Of a stretch of DNA of 64,000 nt, positions 8,586-18,528 are shown piece by piece. Position numbers and translations under genes: made by a program. Numbering within the stretch: the first letter of the stretch is position 1; each line of letters starts with the position of its first letter. Source of the stretch: a virus; IMG/VR virus record IMGVR_UViG_3300038856_000064, positions 64,001-128,000 of that record; one strand, 5' to 3'. Below the pieces are notes generated by a model. That model was not told the origin of the DNA and made no database searches. It saw only the letters and a program-made list of their open reading frames with translations.

Positions 8586-9632
8586 TTATAACCTATATGG
8601 ATGATGTGGATGTGACTCTCGTAAAGTGTTGCCTGTAACAACTACAAACTCGGCACGATTTCTCAACGACTCAATATTGCGAGCGCCGCTATAGCTAAAG
8701 CCACTACGAATACCAGCTTCAAGATTCTGCAAAGTATCAGCAACGGGACCTCGGTAAGGAACTTTTGCGCTGACACCCTCAACTCTAGGAGTTCTCTCAC
8801 CCCTCTTTTCTTTTTGTGCCGCATATGATGCTGAGCCTCTAAAAGTTTTGTATGTTAAGCCATTTTCAACTAGACGATCTCCTGGAGCCTCATCTGTCCC
8901 AGCAAGCAGTGCCCCTAGCATTACTGCATCAGCGCCGGCTGCCAAACCCTTAACAATGTCGCCTGAATACCTGATACCACCATCACCTATGATGGAGACA
9001 CGCCTATCATTATTCCCCCTCAGTCCTTCTAGCCTTAGGGTTATATCGACGTCTTCAATAGCACTAAGTTGAGGAAAACCATGTCCACTCACAACTCTAG
9101 TTGAACAAACGCTGCCAGGTCCAATACCAACCTTAATGATATTAGCTCCAGCTTCAACTAAGCGAAGGGCAGCCATTCCCGTAGCAACATTGCCTGCAAT
9201 GATATCGGTGTCTGGACAAATCCCCCTAACTCTGTGAATAAATTCAGCTACACGCTCATGATCACCATGAGCTACGTCTACACAAATCATATCAAAAGCA
9301 AGCGGATTTATACATAGAGAAAAATCCCCCTCTGAAATGCCACGAGAAACAATACGTGGGGCACCAACCTCTTTGCACATATTTAGCCATCGTTGTTGCC
9401 AATGACTGTCGGCAAATCGATGTAGGACACCGGCGCCACCCGCCTGATGCATTGCAACTGCCATCTCGCCCTCAGTGACCGTATCCATATTAGAAGATAA
9501 GATCGGCAGGGTCAGCTTAATCCTACCTACAGTAGTACTAATATCTACATCATTTCTAGATGCAATATCCGAGTGCTGTGGCACGAGGAGCACGTCATCA
9601 AAACTATAGGCTGGCTTCATTCTAATTTTCAT
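8586..9632 (-). CDS. guaC: IMPDH/GMP reductase family enzyme without CBS domains, probably GMP reductase
   Basis: [38 protein letters not shown]; no Arg-Tyr dyad in the flap; start at 9632 or 9620. Confidence 0.8.
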   Translation of the reverse strand: MKIRMKPAYSFDDVLLVPQHSDIASRNDVDISTTVGRIKLTLPILSSNMDTVTEGEMAVAMHQAGGAGVLHRFADSHWQQRWLNMCKEVGAPRIVSRGISEGDFSLCINPLAFDMICVDVAHGDHERVAEFIHRVRGICPDTDIIAGNVATGMAALRLVEAGANIIKVGIGPGSVCSTRVVSGHGFPQLSAIEDVDITLRLEGLRGNNDRRVSIIGDGGIRYSGDIVKGLAAGADAVMLGALLAGTDEAPGDRLVENGLTYKTFRGSASYAAQKEKRGERTPRVEGVSAKVPYRGPVADTLQNLEAGIRSGFSYSGARNIESLRNRAEFVVVTGNTLRESHPHHPYRL

Positions 9633-10299
9633 TAAATATCTCGTGGTGTTCAGGGTGTAATCGCTCTCCGTTTGGGCCAATAATTGAACCGACAAAATCA
9701 TCCCCCTGGCGTGGAATAGGAAACGTCATACAGTGACGGTGAATATCGCTAGTTGGATAAATCTTATGTGCAACTAGAGGATAGACATACTCTTTCAAAA
9801 AATCCTGGTCACATTGCCAGGCGTCTTTATATTGTTTTGCGAATTCTTTTATCATGGGCGCCATTTGTAGACAGGCATGCCTTTTCATTCCGAACATGCC
9901 ACCCATCAGTCCCAACCTTGGATTAAAATGATAGGGGTGATCAGCCATTGAGTGGACAAGTTTGGTACTCTGCATCCATTCTTCAACGGCAAGAGCTTCT
10001 CGCTTACTTAATCTTGAGTCGCAGTCTCTAGAAATAAAAATATCCACGTCATCTTCACTAGCGGGAAGAAATCTTGCAAACATACCCTTCCAGCCCTCTA
10101 GCCCCTTGGGTATTTCTACCACGTCTGCGCCTAGCTCAACTAGACGGATTATAATATCTGACGGCACTGAGTCTAAATCAATATAAAACCTACACCCCCA
10201 TCCTGGATAAATCTTGGGTGCAAGCTCGGCATTACGGATCGCACCTACCGTATATTTTTCTTCGCTCCCCCAAAGTGAAAAGGTAATACGTTTCTTCAT
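9622..10299 (-). CDS. putative GT-A-fold glycosyltransferase
   Basis: FSLWG..KY..GA..N, RFLP, SRDCDSR (DxD), DHPYH, GGMFG, DQDFL; inside the glyco island; leaderless. Confidence 0.6.
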   Translation of the reverse strand: MKKRITFSLWGSEEKYTVGAIRNAELAPKIYPGWGCRFYIDLDSVPSDIIIRLVELGADVVEIPKGLEGWKGMFARFLPASEDDVDIFISRDCDSRLSKREALAVEEWMQSTKLVHSMADHPYHFNPRLGLMGGMFGMKRHACLQMAPMIKEFAKQYKDAWQCDQDFLKEYVYPLVAHKIYPTSDIHRHCMTFPIPRQGDDFVGSIIGPNGERLHPEHHEIFNEN

Positions 10300-10304
10300 A
10301 TCTC

Positions 10305-10332
10305 TATTGTGTGTCTATCGGTCAAATTCGTG
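10305..10332 (-). promoter_or_regulatory. class I phage promoter, leaderless
   Basis: CACGAATTTGACCGATAGACACACAATA followed by 5 nt and then ATG. Confidence 0.75.
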
Positions 10333-11133
10333 CAGAAAATCTTTATACCGCTTATAGTAATCCGGTGACGCAAACTTCGTGTCGTTCTCTAACGCTATGA
10401 TAGAAGGGCTACTAGGAAAAAACTCCTCGATGGCGCGCAAAGCCTCAAAATTACTTCTTTCCTTATCTGATTGTTCTAGTGAGTCTGGTCTTTGATTATA
10501 AATACTTAGGCACGAGGGAATAGAAATACCAGAAACACCTAGAGACATAAAGTATAGGACGAGCCAATAGTCAAAAGCCGATCGATATTCCATCCCAGCC
10601 TTAAACATACGCCTCCAGTCCACGAGATCCCGCAACTTATTATCCCAATGCACATGCACGCCGCAACGAAAGAACTGTTGTAGGTCGAGAGACGAATAGG
10701 TAGGCGGAACCCCCTTAGCGATCACCCTATCATTTACTCTTGTCTCATAACCTCCATAGTAAAAGTGACTCTTTTCTTGGCGCAACATTCTATTTCTTCT
10801 AGATGCTTCGTAGGCAGCCTGCAAAATCTGAATCCCTCTCCATGGAAATGATCTATCATCCGTATTTGAATTGGTGACGATCCTTCCTTTGGCGCAATGC
10901 CATCCAACCAACCAACTAAATCCATATGGTGTTCTTTTAGGCTGCTCAATAAGCTTAATGCGCGAATCCTTCTCACGCCACTTCTTGATTATCTCTACAC
11001 TGCCATCCGTTGATGCGCTATCTACAATGATATGCTCGAAGTCTTGAATAGTTTGTTGTAAGGTATTTTCTATCAGTCCATCTAGAAACTGTTCAGAGTT
11101 GTAGCAAGAGGTGATAAAGCTAACTTCGGGCAT
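10315..11133 (-). CDS. GT2 family glycosyltransferase
   Basis: VSFITSCYN, QTIQDFEHIIVDSASTDGS, NTDD, DYWL. Confidence 0.9.
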   Translation of the reverse strand: MPEVSFITSCYNSEQFLDGLIENTLQQTIQDFEHIIVDSASTDGSVEIIKKWREKDSRIKLIEQPKRTPYGFSWLVGWHCAKGRIVTNSNTDDRSFPWRGIQILQAAYEASRRNRMLRQEKSHFYYGGYETRVNDRVIAKGVPPTYSSLDLQQFFRCGVHVHWDNKLRDLVDWRRMFKAGMEYRSAFDYWLVLYFMSLGVSGISIPSCLSIYNQRPDSLEQSDKERSNFEALRAIEEFFPSSPSIIALENDTKFASPDYYKRYKDFLHEFDR

Positions 11134-11134
11134 A

Positions 11135-11374
11135 TCACTCTACTAGATCAAATACATACACTACGCCATGTTCTTCATGATCGTGTCGATTAATGGTAAC
11201 GACTCGTGGATCATTACCGACCTTGGTGATCGTATCTAGAAAGCGTTGTTGCTTTACTTTACTCTTGAAGTCATCCTCGGAAGGCCAAACTGATAATTTG
11301 CTGTCCCCAGCATCCAAAGCCTCGGTTACCCAGCGATGACGCCTTGGTTTATCTGGTAATTTTGCTTCAGTCAT
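11135..11374 (-). CDS. hypothetical protein
   Basis: 79-aa ORF tightly packed in the operon. Confidence 0.6.
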   Translation of the reverse strand: MTEAKLPDKPRRHRWVTEALDAGDSKLSVWPSEDDFKSKVKQQRFLDTITKVGNDPRVVTINRHDHEEHGVVYVFDLVE

Positions 11375-11376
11375 TG

Positions 11377-12426
11377 TTATACCTCTACAGTGTTAAAGAA
11401 CTTATCATACCCCTGCTTCTTTTCTTTTGCGAAGATCCAAATTAATGGAATATCTTTTAGGTTATATGGCTCTACACCATCAGGTCCATCAAAGTAGGCT
11501 AAATCTTTACGAGCTAAAAAAGAATCCCTATGTTTGGTGACTGAATGCCCCTCCATAATTAGAGGATGCTTGTTGTCAAACCTTAATACCGTATCCAAAT
11601 CCTCAGTTTGATTTAAATACTCATCAGTTTGTCCACCACGCGCATATGCGCCAACGTCACCATGTTTATCCTGCCCCAATTCCTTATCATAAAATTCCTT
11701 CTTTGCCCTGATCTCTTCATTATTATCCTTACAATACGAATAATGATATACTACAAAACTAGGTAGGACAAACCTACGACTTAGATAGCGAGGATCAAAG
11801 TAAGTGCAAACTCCATTTGCATCGCGAGCTACAGGATGATTAGCGTAATTTAGCCCCGGCTGAAAGCGAATAAAGCGCTGGTGTTGTTGGCCCCAGTCGC
11901 CACTCGGTTTACGAATATGATAGGCATCGCGCCAGAAGTGATAGAATCCAGCAGGGACAAATTCGGTAGCCCATGGCTCAATAGAGATTGCCTTGCGTAG
12001 CTCATCAACAACCTCTGGATGGATGAACTCGTCAGCATCAGTAATGAGCATCCAATCTCCCTCTTGCATATACTGAAAGAAGGTGTTCTTAAGTTCTTCT
12101 AGATCCTGCCAAGGGCGATCGATCTGCACAAAAACGATCTTACGATCTGGGTCTTTATTGTCCTTGACATCCTTGATGATCTCAACCGTGCGATCTAACG
12201 AATGACCATCTGGCGTCGCCTGCCCTGCGGCGACCTTGCTTTGGACAGCACCCTCAATAACGACAATACGATCTACCTTATCGTAAAGCTGAAGCATACA
12301 AGCTTCAATAAGCTTCTCCTCATTACAGGCTTGGATACATTGCACAATTTTAGGTTGCTTGTCGATGGCATCACAGATAGCACCAACTTGGTTGGGTAAA
12401 TTATTATTAAACGGGTTATCAGACAT
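11377..12426 (-). CDS. GT2-like glycosyltransferase
   Basis: NEE.LI, SLDRTVEI, DWMLITDADE (DxD), YHYSY. Confidence 0.82.
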   Translation of the reverse strand: MSDNPFNNNLPNQVGAICDAIDKQPKIVQCIQACNEEKLIEACMLQLYDKVDRIVVIEGAVQSKVAAGQATPDGHSLDRTVEIIKDVKDNKDPDRKIVFVQIDRPWQDLEELKNTFFQYMQEGDWMLITDADEFIHPEVVDELRKAISIEPWATEFVPAGFYHFWRDAYHIRKPSGDWGQQHQRFIRFQPGLNYANHPVARDANGVCTYFDPRYLSRRFVLPSFVVYHYSYCKDNNEEIRAKKEFYDKELGQDKHGDVGAYARGGQTDEYLNQTEDLDTVLRFDNKHPLIMEGHSVTKHRDSFLARKDLAYFDGPDGVEPYNLKDIPLIWIFAKEKKQGYDKFFNTVEV

Positions 12427-13645
12427 TGCTAGCCTCCTGTTTGTCAGCTACTACGCCCTCGATGACCTCTAGCATCTTTGGCCCAATAACTGAATAATCA
12501 AATTCCTTCATATCCGGTGCAGGCTTTAGTTCCTGACGTGCCTCATAAACACTGCGCATCTGGTTCATCATAGAAGATACTGATGGTTCCGCAATCTTAT
12601 CAAAACTCGTATAGAGTTCTGGATCTGCATGTCCTTGTCCCACTAGAGGCTCCATAGAATACCGTACTGGATAAACATTATTTTTAGGAATTTCTCTAAC
12701 TGGATAGTGACCAGGAATCATGCCGGCCTCCCCCTCTGGAATGTCAACGTATTCGGTATCGAATGCAAATTCGCCCATACCGCCCCAGGAGGTAGTGACT
12801 AGCTTATTGCCGTAAGCTAATGCATCGAACGCTGGCAGGCACCACCCCTCTCCGCGACTACTGCATACATAACAGTCTCCAGTCTTGTGAAGTTTTTTAA
12901 CCTGTTCCTCAGTAAGAGTTTTGGTCACGACCATAACTGGCGGATAACCATCAGCGGGTAGTCTCATGCCTTGTTTTGCGCCGTCAATGTATGCGCGCAA
13001 CCTATCACGCTCGCCATTACGATCGCCCCCCATATTGATGTATGTCTTCAGAATTAAGATCACATCTTTGTGGCCATGAAATTCCGTTAGATAAGACCTT
13101 AGTAAAACATCGATTCCCTTCTTGGCAGAAAACTGACTAATGTTATAAAACACGAACTTATCAGTAAGAAATTCTGGATCGGATGTTGCGGAGATCGATT
13201 CAATCCCATCTAGATTATAAGATGAGATGTCGAAAGTGTGCGGCACCTTAAAGGTTGGCACCGTAACACCGGAATCCCTGAATGCCTCCACGCTAGCCTG
13301 GCAAAAAGTAATTACGCCATCAAACTTATTGAGCTTATCAACCCAATACTGTGGAATTCTAGTAGTCTCCCAGGCGACAACAGCAATATTGATCTTGCCG
13401 TCTACGGGGCGCATTTCATTTGGCGTGCAGTGCTGTATAACAACGTCAACGCCGTTAAGGTCTTTTGTAAGCAACTGGCGCTCTAGATCTGTTGGCTTGT
13501 AAGCCGTGCCAGGATCTGCTTGATCATAACGCACAGGACGTACAACTAGATCAACCCCCGCATCGTGTAATGCCTTAATATAGCCCCGAGCAGCGGTTGA
13601 ATACCCGCTAAAGTCTCTAACTGGTCCAATGTATAAAGCTTTCAT
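12419..13645 (-). CDS. GT4 family glycosyltransferase
   Basis: SGYSTAAR, WETTRIP, KKGIDVLL, SSRGEGWCLPAFDALAYG. Confidence 0.9.
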   Translation of the reverse strand: MKALYIGPVRDFSGYSTAARGYIKALHDAGVDLVVRPVRYDQADPGTAYKPTDLERQLLTKDLNGVDVVIQHCTPNEMRPVDGKINIAVVAWETTRIPQYWVDKLNKFDGVITFCQASVEAFRDSGVTVPTFKVPHTFDISSYNLDGIESISATSDPEFLTDKFVFYNISQFSAKKGIDVLLRSYLTEFHGHKDVILILKTYINMGGDRNGERDRLRAYIDGAKQGMRLPADGYPPVMVVTKTLTEEQVKKLHKTGDCYVCSSRGEGWCLPAFDALAYGNKLVTTSWGGMGEFAFDTEYVDIPEGEAGMIPGHYPVREIPKNNVYPVRYSMEPLVGQGHADPELYTSFDKIAEPSVSSMMNQMRSVYEARQELKPAPDMKEFDYSVIGPKMLEVIEGVVADKQEASNV

Positions 13646-15519
13646 ACTATCATAGCCTCAAAAGAGTCTCCATTGTCTTGTTCATTAGTACTAGGTGCCA
13701 AAGTCTTACTTCCTGCACGCAAACGCTCTACTTGATTCTGCGCCTCAGCCTGTTGACGGAAGTAGTTTGCGACCTCCTCGCGTGTCTTCTGAGCCGGGAC
13801 TCCACGAGAGAGTTCAACAGCTAGTTTTTGCAACCATGTCCTTCGACCATCCTCATCAATATCGTGCTCACCACTATAGCCTAATAGTTTGGTATAACAC
13901 CAGACAACGAACTCTTCATTCGTCATGCCTGGATCTGGCTGCTGCATATCGATATCAATTAGGCTAACGTCCCTATCCCATGTTTCGTCACGATCAAGTG
14001 GAGTGATGTGATCTAGAATAAATTCCCAAGTCTTCCAGGTCTTATCCCAATCATAGTGTTCTTCGGCACATTCACGAGCCTCTGCCTTCATACGAGATAA
14101 GCGCTCATGATCACCTAGTAACTCGCCCATCTTTTTAGCGCAGTCTTCCATTGATGTGTGTGCTCTCCAACAGGTTGTCTCGGGCTCTTCATAAAGATAT
14201 GCCACGTCCATGACCTCTCCACCCTTATGAACACTATAAGTTTTCTTATTGATGTGATCATAATCTGGAACCCTACCCTTTTCAGAAATGGCGGCATAGT
14301 CTGTCACTAATACAGGAACACCACAGGCTTTGGCTTCTTGTACGGGCATTCCGCAGCCTTCGGCGATACTCATCTGCACCATTAGATCAGCCATACCATA
14401 TACCTCTGCTAGTTGCTCTCTGGTGTATCCCGCTCCAGTGGTCGGAGTGCGGGCGCTTTGCTGTCCACACTTGGGACATCTAATTACGGGATGCTGTCGC
14501 AGATTAATAGACGGTGCGATAAACACATCCCCACACTCTGGATTGTGACACATAAAGGTCGAATTGACCTCACGAATAAATCCCTTTCGTGTAATTGGCA
14601 CACCATGATATCCCGTCTGGATGCGAGCTACGGCTCGCGGAAAATCAATCGACATAGCGTTATCTGGCCATGCCGTATGCATTACCAAAATTGACTTTTG
14701 TACGGTCTCATTATCAGGGAACGCACTCTTCATTAAGGCAAATGAACGTAATACTTCGGAGATACGCTTACGTGCTTGATTACGTTGGACTAATAGAATA
14801 ATAGGAATGTCTGGTCTAAGGCCCCACTTCTTTTTAAGTGCTGCCTTTTCTTCGTCAGAACGCGGACGGAAGGTCTTAAGGTCGACACCTGGACGAAGTG
14901 GAACAGGATGTAGCTTGCCTGGCGCCTTGTCAATTCCAATAAAGCCTGGCTTATCTGGCGGGCTTGTGCGTAGCTCTAGTCGTGGCGAAGATTTTCGTAA
15001 TGAATCAATACCAAAGTCTGAGTATGCCATCACATATGTAGCACTATTGAACGTAGAAATCCACTCCTCTTTTTGAGGAATAGAGTCTACGGTCGGCATG
15101 ATAAGCCAACTAAAGTATTTACGAAATGGGCTACGCTCTTGAAAGGCAAGCATCCACCAGTCACGAATATCGATTACAATATCTGGTCTAAAATCGCTAA
15201 GAACTTTCTCAAACTTCCAGCGACCAAACTGATTAGTATTCTGTCCTGGCTGCGCTGGGTCAGCCTGATTAAAAATCTGCTCCTCTTCCGGAGTCATGGG
15301 TTGATTACCATAAAACTTCCAGCGGCCAGCAACGAAATCTCTTGCGCGAGGATCATCATCCCTAACATACGAACCAAGCTCTGCGATCTCATACTTGCCC
15401 GTTGCGGCTAATCGCGGCAATAACTCTCTATAAATATTGGAGAATCCCGTATTTAGGGACGACGCCTCGCCTACAAACAAGATACGCTTTTTATAATTTT
15501 CCTGATTCTCAATTCCCAT
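13642..15519 (-). CDS. GT4 glycosyltransferase with Zn-ribbon insertion and C-terminal DUF4214-like domain
   Basis: TGFS, RNQARK, AEGCGMPVQEAKACGVP; CHNPEC...CPKC insert; NEEFVVWCYTKLLG...DEDGRRTWLQKL tail. Confidence 0.85.
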   Translation of the reverse strand: MGIENQENYKKRILFVGEASSLNTGFSNIYRELLPRLAATGKYEIAELGSYVRDDDPRARDFVAGRWKFYGNQPMTPEEEQIFNQADPAQPGQNTNQFGRWKFEKVLSDFRPDIVIDIRDWWMLAFQERSPFRKYFSWLIMPTVDSIPQKEEWISTFNSATYVMAYSDFGIDSLRKSSPRLELRTSPPDKPGFIGIDKAPGKLHPVPLRPGVDLKTFRPRSDEEKAALKKKWGLRPDIPIILLVQRNQARKRISEVLRSFALMKSAFPDNETVQKSILVMHTAWPDNAMSIDFPRAVARIQTGYHGVPITRKGFIREVNSTFMCHNPECGDVFIAPSINLRQHPVIRCPKCGQQSARTPTTGAGYTREQLAEVYGMADLMVQMSIAEGCGMPVQEAKACGVPVLVTDYAAISEKGRVPDYDHINKKTYSVHKGGEVMDVAYLYEEPETTCWRAHTSMEDCAKKMGELLGDHERLSRMKAEARECAEEHYDWDKTWKTWEFILDHITPLDRDETWDRDVSLIDIDMQQPDPGMTNEEFVVWCYTKLLGYSGEHDIDEDGRRTWLQKLAVELSRGVPAQKTREEVANYFRQQAEAQNQVERLRAGSKTLAPSTNEQDNGDSFEAMIV

Positions 15520-16699
15520 AATCTATCCTTTCGAGCATAATTTCTTCATTATCGTTACGTATAAATCCAACAATTTTATTATTTAAAAAATAAGCTGGAT
15601 AACTTGGCCGCCAATCTAATTTATCAATACCTAAACGCATAATCAATGGAAGCAAGTCTTTTAATGTACATTCTTTTAATACCAATTGAGAATTTTCTAT
15701 ACTAAGATTAAGTTTAGTAATTGGATCATCAGTAGGTATCAAGATCACATAATTATAATTGTTACTTTTATAAAAATGCAATTTCTCTACATGTGTTGAA
15801 TTCTTAAACGAATCCCTCCACTCCCCCATTCCGTCATACTCTACCCATAGTTCATTGGGGACACCCTCTTGGGGTGGAATATAAAAATCGCAAGTCCACT
15901 TACGATCCTTACAGACGCGCTTATGTGGCTCATAATCAATAAAGTTAGTGAATAAAATATTTGCAACATCAGCCTCTAGTGCCGAGTCATACCAATGTCC
16001 GTCTAGAGCTAATTTATGACGACTAGGATCTAGACCCGCTAAACTTAAGGCATTAATAAAAGATCCGAAACGATCAAAATAAGTTTTATCACTCGGTTGA
16101 TCTAGGTCATACTTAGTGACGGTTCGCCCTAGTTGCTCTGATTTTCTACGCAAATATTGCAATAACTCCTCATCTGTATAATGGAATCGATTAGTATACT
16201 TAATATTGGCACAAAGACATGCCTCCTCCCAAGTAGAAAATATTGCATAAAACTTTGTAGAACTCTGTAATAAAGATGTTTTTTCAATATAATCAGTCAT
16301 GCTACTAGGACAAATTTCCCTGATGTCTTGTACAATTCTATCTTTAGTAACTAATAGTCCAGCACGATCCAAGGCTATATTCCATTTATTAAACCTATTA
16401 GAAATAGCGTCTGCGGAATAGTTACCATACTTGGAATATTGCTGCATTGAGGGAGTCTTTCCTAATATACCGGCAACCCTCTTGATGTCGTCTAAATATT
16501 GCTGATCAGAAATGTGGGTTTGCCACGATGGGGCAATATGACAATAACTTGTCAAAAATTGATTCCAGCGAATATCCATCTTGCGCAACATATGCTCGAC
16601 ATTATATTTACCATACTTTTTGTATAGCTTCATAGTTATGCGTCCCCGCTCATGACGAACACTACGTACATCTTCGATAACTTCTTGAAGATCGACCAC
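15509..16699 (-). mobile_element. free-standing homing-endonuclease-like gene (HE-associated repeats + Vsr/PD-(D/E)XK-like domain)
   Basis: Repeats like LGKTPSMQQY...RFNKWNIAL and RFGSFINALSLAGL; YDSALE...CDFY...WVEYDG; paralog of 59425..60954. Confidence 0.75.
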
Positions 16700-16708
16700 A
16701 AGCAGCCT

Positions 16709-17335
16709 CTAGTTGTCCTGTCCCCAAGACAAAATCTTATCTTTAACAGATGCCTTAATGGCATAAAGAGATGTTCTACTCAACTCCATAGCATCCATAA
16801 TTTCATCTACCGTCTTACTAGTAGTTACAAGATTAACGAATTCCATTTCTGATTCGTCTAATCCAATCTCATCTAGCATACGATGAATGGTGTCCTCGTC
16901 CATACTTAATGCCCCGGCAGGAAGCTCAATACTATCCAAATCTATTGAACCGCCATCTATCAACCCCAAGAGCGCATTAAATGTTGCCTGTGTTCTTATC
17001 CCAAGGCGAGACATGATATCCTTGTCGCTTAACCCGTCAAGCTTTAGCCTTCTTATGGCATTTGCTTGGCGACGCACTCTTTCGTCAGTAGTAAAAACTC
17101 CACTAAACGAATTAGCCTGCTCAAGCAATGCATTACGAACGCACTTGCGTATATAGGATGGAAGAGATCCTAGTGATGGATCATAAGTCTTGAGCGCTAA
17201 GACTAGCGCCATAGCGCCAACCTGCTGTAGGTCTTGTGTATCAACTACTGAGGTATTATTTACTACAATAGAATTAATTAGTGCTCTGATCAAACCACGA
17301 TGCCTCAGGTATGTCTTTTCAGTAGGGTCTTCCAT
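16709..17335 (-). CDS. phage-encoded sigma-70 family factor
   Basis: DLQQVGAMALVLALKTYDP..G SL.SYI...VR region-2 motif; C-terminal region-4-like HTH. Confidence 0.82.
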   Translation of the reverse strand: MEDPTEKTYLRHRGLIRALINSIVVNNTSVVDTQDLQQVGAMALVLALKTYDPSLGSLPSYIRKCVRNALLEQANSFSGVFTTDERVRRQANAIRRLKLDGLSDKDIMSRLGIRTQATFNALLGLIDGGSIDLDSIELPAGALSMDEDTIHRMLDEIGLDESEMEFVNLVTTSKTVDEIMDAMELSRTSLYAIKASVKDKILSWGQDN

Positions 17336-17352
17336 CCTATGGTGTAATTGTA

Positions 17353-17745
17353 TCAGAATGGGATGGTTGCTTCCTCAGAGTCGGCAACCTTTCCACTGTT
17401 CGTCTGACCACTTGAGTTGCTTGTCTCCTCATCGGGACGACGAGTGCTAGTGGTCGCCGTGATGCTACTAACGATTAGCTGAAAATGATTAACGCGCTTG
17501 CCATCCTTTTCGTAGCTATCCTGATCTAGATCACCAGTGACAAAAATTCCCATACCTTGTGAAAAATCACGCATGATATCAGCGCGCTTACCCCACGCAA
17601 TACAATCGATAAAGTTTGCCTTACGGTTATCACCGCGCCCACGATTATATGCTACCGAGAAAAGGGCACGCTGCTTATCACCCTCACCAAAAAACTTTGG
17701 GTCGCGAGTTAAACGACCGACTACAAATCCTAGACCTTGATCCAT
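17353..17745 (-). CDS. ssb: single-stranded DNA-binding protein
   Basis: GRLTRDP, FSVAYN, FIDCIAWGKRA, acidic tail ending IPF. Confidence 0.95.
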   Translation of the reverse strand: MDQGLGFVVGRLTRDPKFFGEGDKQRALFSVAYNRGRGDNRKANFIDCIAWGKRADIMRDFSQGMGIFVTGDLDQDSYEKDGKRVNHFQLIVSSITATTSTRRPDEETSNSSGQTNSGKVADSEEATIPF

Positions 17746-17754
17746 TGCTTTCTC

Positions 17755-18261
17755 CTATTGACTTGGTTTTTTAACTGCTAAACATATTCCGGAGGCTCTA
17801 ACCTGAACGAGACTCAAGAAGTCATCTAGTATGCCATCGCTTTCTGCTAGATCAATTAATTGACTAGTTAACGTTCCTCGCTCATCATACAAACTGTATA
17901 ACTTAAGAAGCGAGTCCTGTTGTGCAACAAAGCTCTGAATATCAACTTCGTTACCCTTAAAAGTTGGTGGCAAAAATTGTATATCGGAGATGGTATCTCC
18001 AACATGATTAACGATGGTTAAGTCTCCTTGCTTAACCTCAAGAGTTCTTACTAAACTACTGACGATCATTCGAACGAGATGTTCTGCCGCCAGGTCTGTG
18101 ACCATTATAGGGCCTTCGCTAAAGGATGTCATAAATCCAGTAGCCCCCTCCTCATCAAAGACACACCATTGCAAATCCATTGATTGTTTTTCTTTTTTAT
18201 CCACGATCGCAATCTTAATTGTGCCATGGATACCATCAATAGTTGCGGTGATTTTAGTCAT
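17755..18261 (-). CDS. hypothetical protein (leaderless)
   Basis: 168-aa ORF; ATG 5 nt after a class I promoter. Confidence 0.75.
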   Translation of the reverse strand: MTKITATIDGIHGTIKIAIVDKKEKQSMDLQWCVFDEEGATGFMTSFSEGPIMVTDLAAEHLVRMIVSSLVRTLEVKQGDLTIVNHVGDTISDIQFLPPTFKGNEVDIQSFVAQQDSLLKLYSLYDERGTLTSQLIDLAESDGILDDFLSLVQVRASGICLAVKKPSQ

Positions 18262-18266
18262 ATATC

Positions 18267-18294
18267 TATTATGTGTCTAAATGCTAATTCCGTA
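18267..18294 (-). promoter_or_regulatory. class I phage promoter, leaderless
   Basis: TACGGAATTAGCATTTAGACACATAATA followed by 5 nt and then ATG. Confidence 0.8.
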
Positions 18295-18306
18295 TGTCTT
18301 TTTTAC

Positions 18307-18528
18307 TTATTCTTCTGCCACTTGGCGCTCTAGGACAATATACGGAAAATTAAATCCCTGCCAAACAGCCGTCCACCCCTCATCTTTAGATAGCTTGTTA
18401 AGCCAATCAAAGAATCCAGAAGCGCTTAGTGTTGCCGGCTGATCAGGACTCGATAACTGTTGTAGCTGCATTAATTTTTCCTGAACTTCCTTCGGCACCT
18501 CTACCTCTTTATATTCCGTATAACTCAT
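18307..18528 (-). CDS. hypothetical protein
   Basis: 73 aa; ATGA overlap with the dnaE stop; GAGG RBS. Confidence 0.7.
   Translation of the reverse strand: MSYTEYKEVEVPKEVQEKLMQLQQLSSPDQPATLSASGFFDWLNKLSKDEGWTAVWQGFNFPYIVLERQVAEE

Noticed and set aside
8054-9632. Z-base (2-aminoadenine) or 7-deazaguanine pathway
   Set aside because: No PurZ, DatZ, Que or Dpd genes in the window; MazG plus a GuaC-like enzyme is not sufficient evidence.
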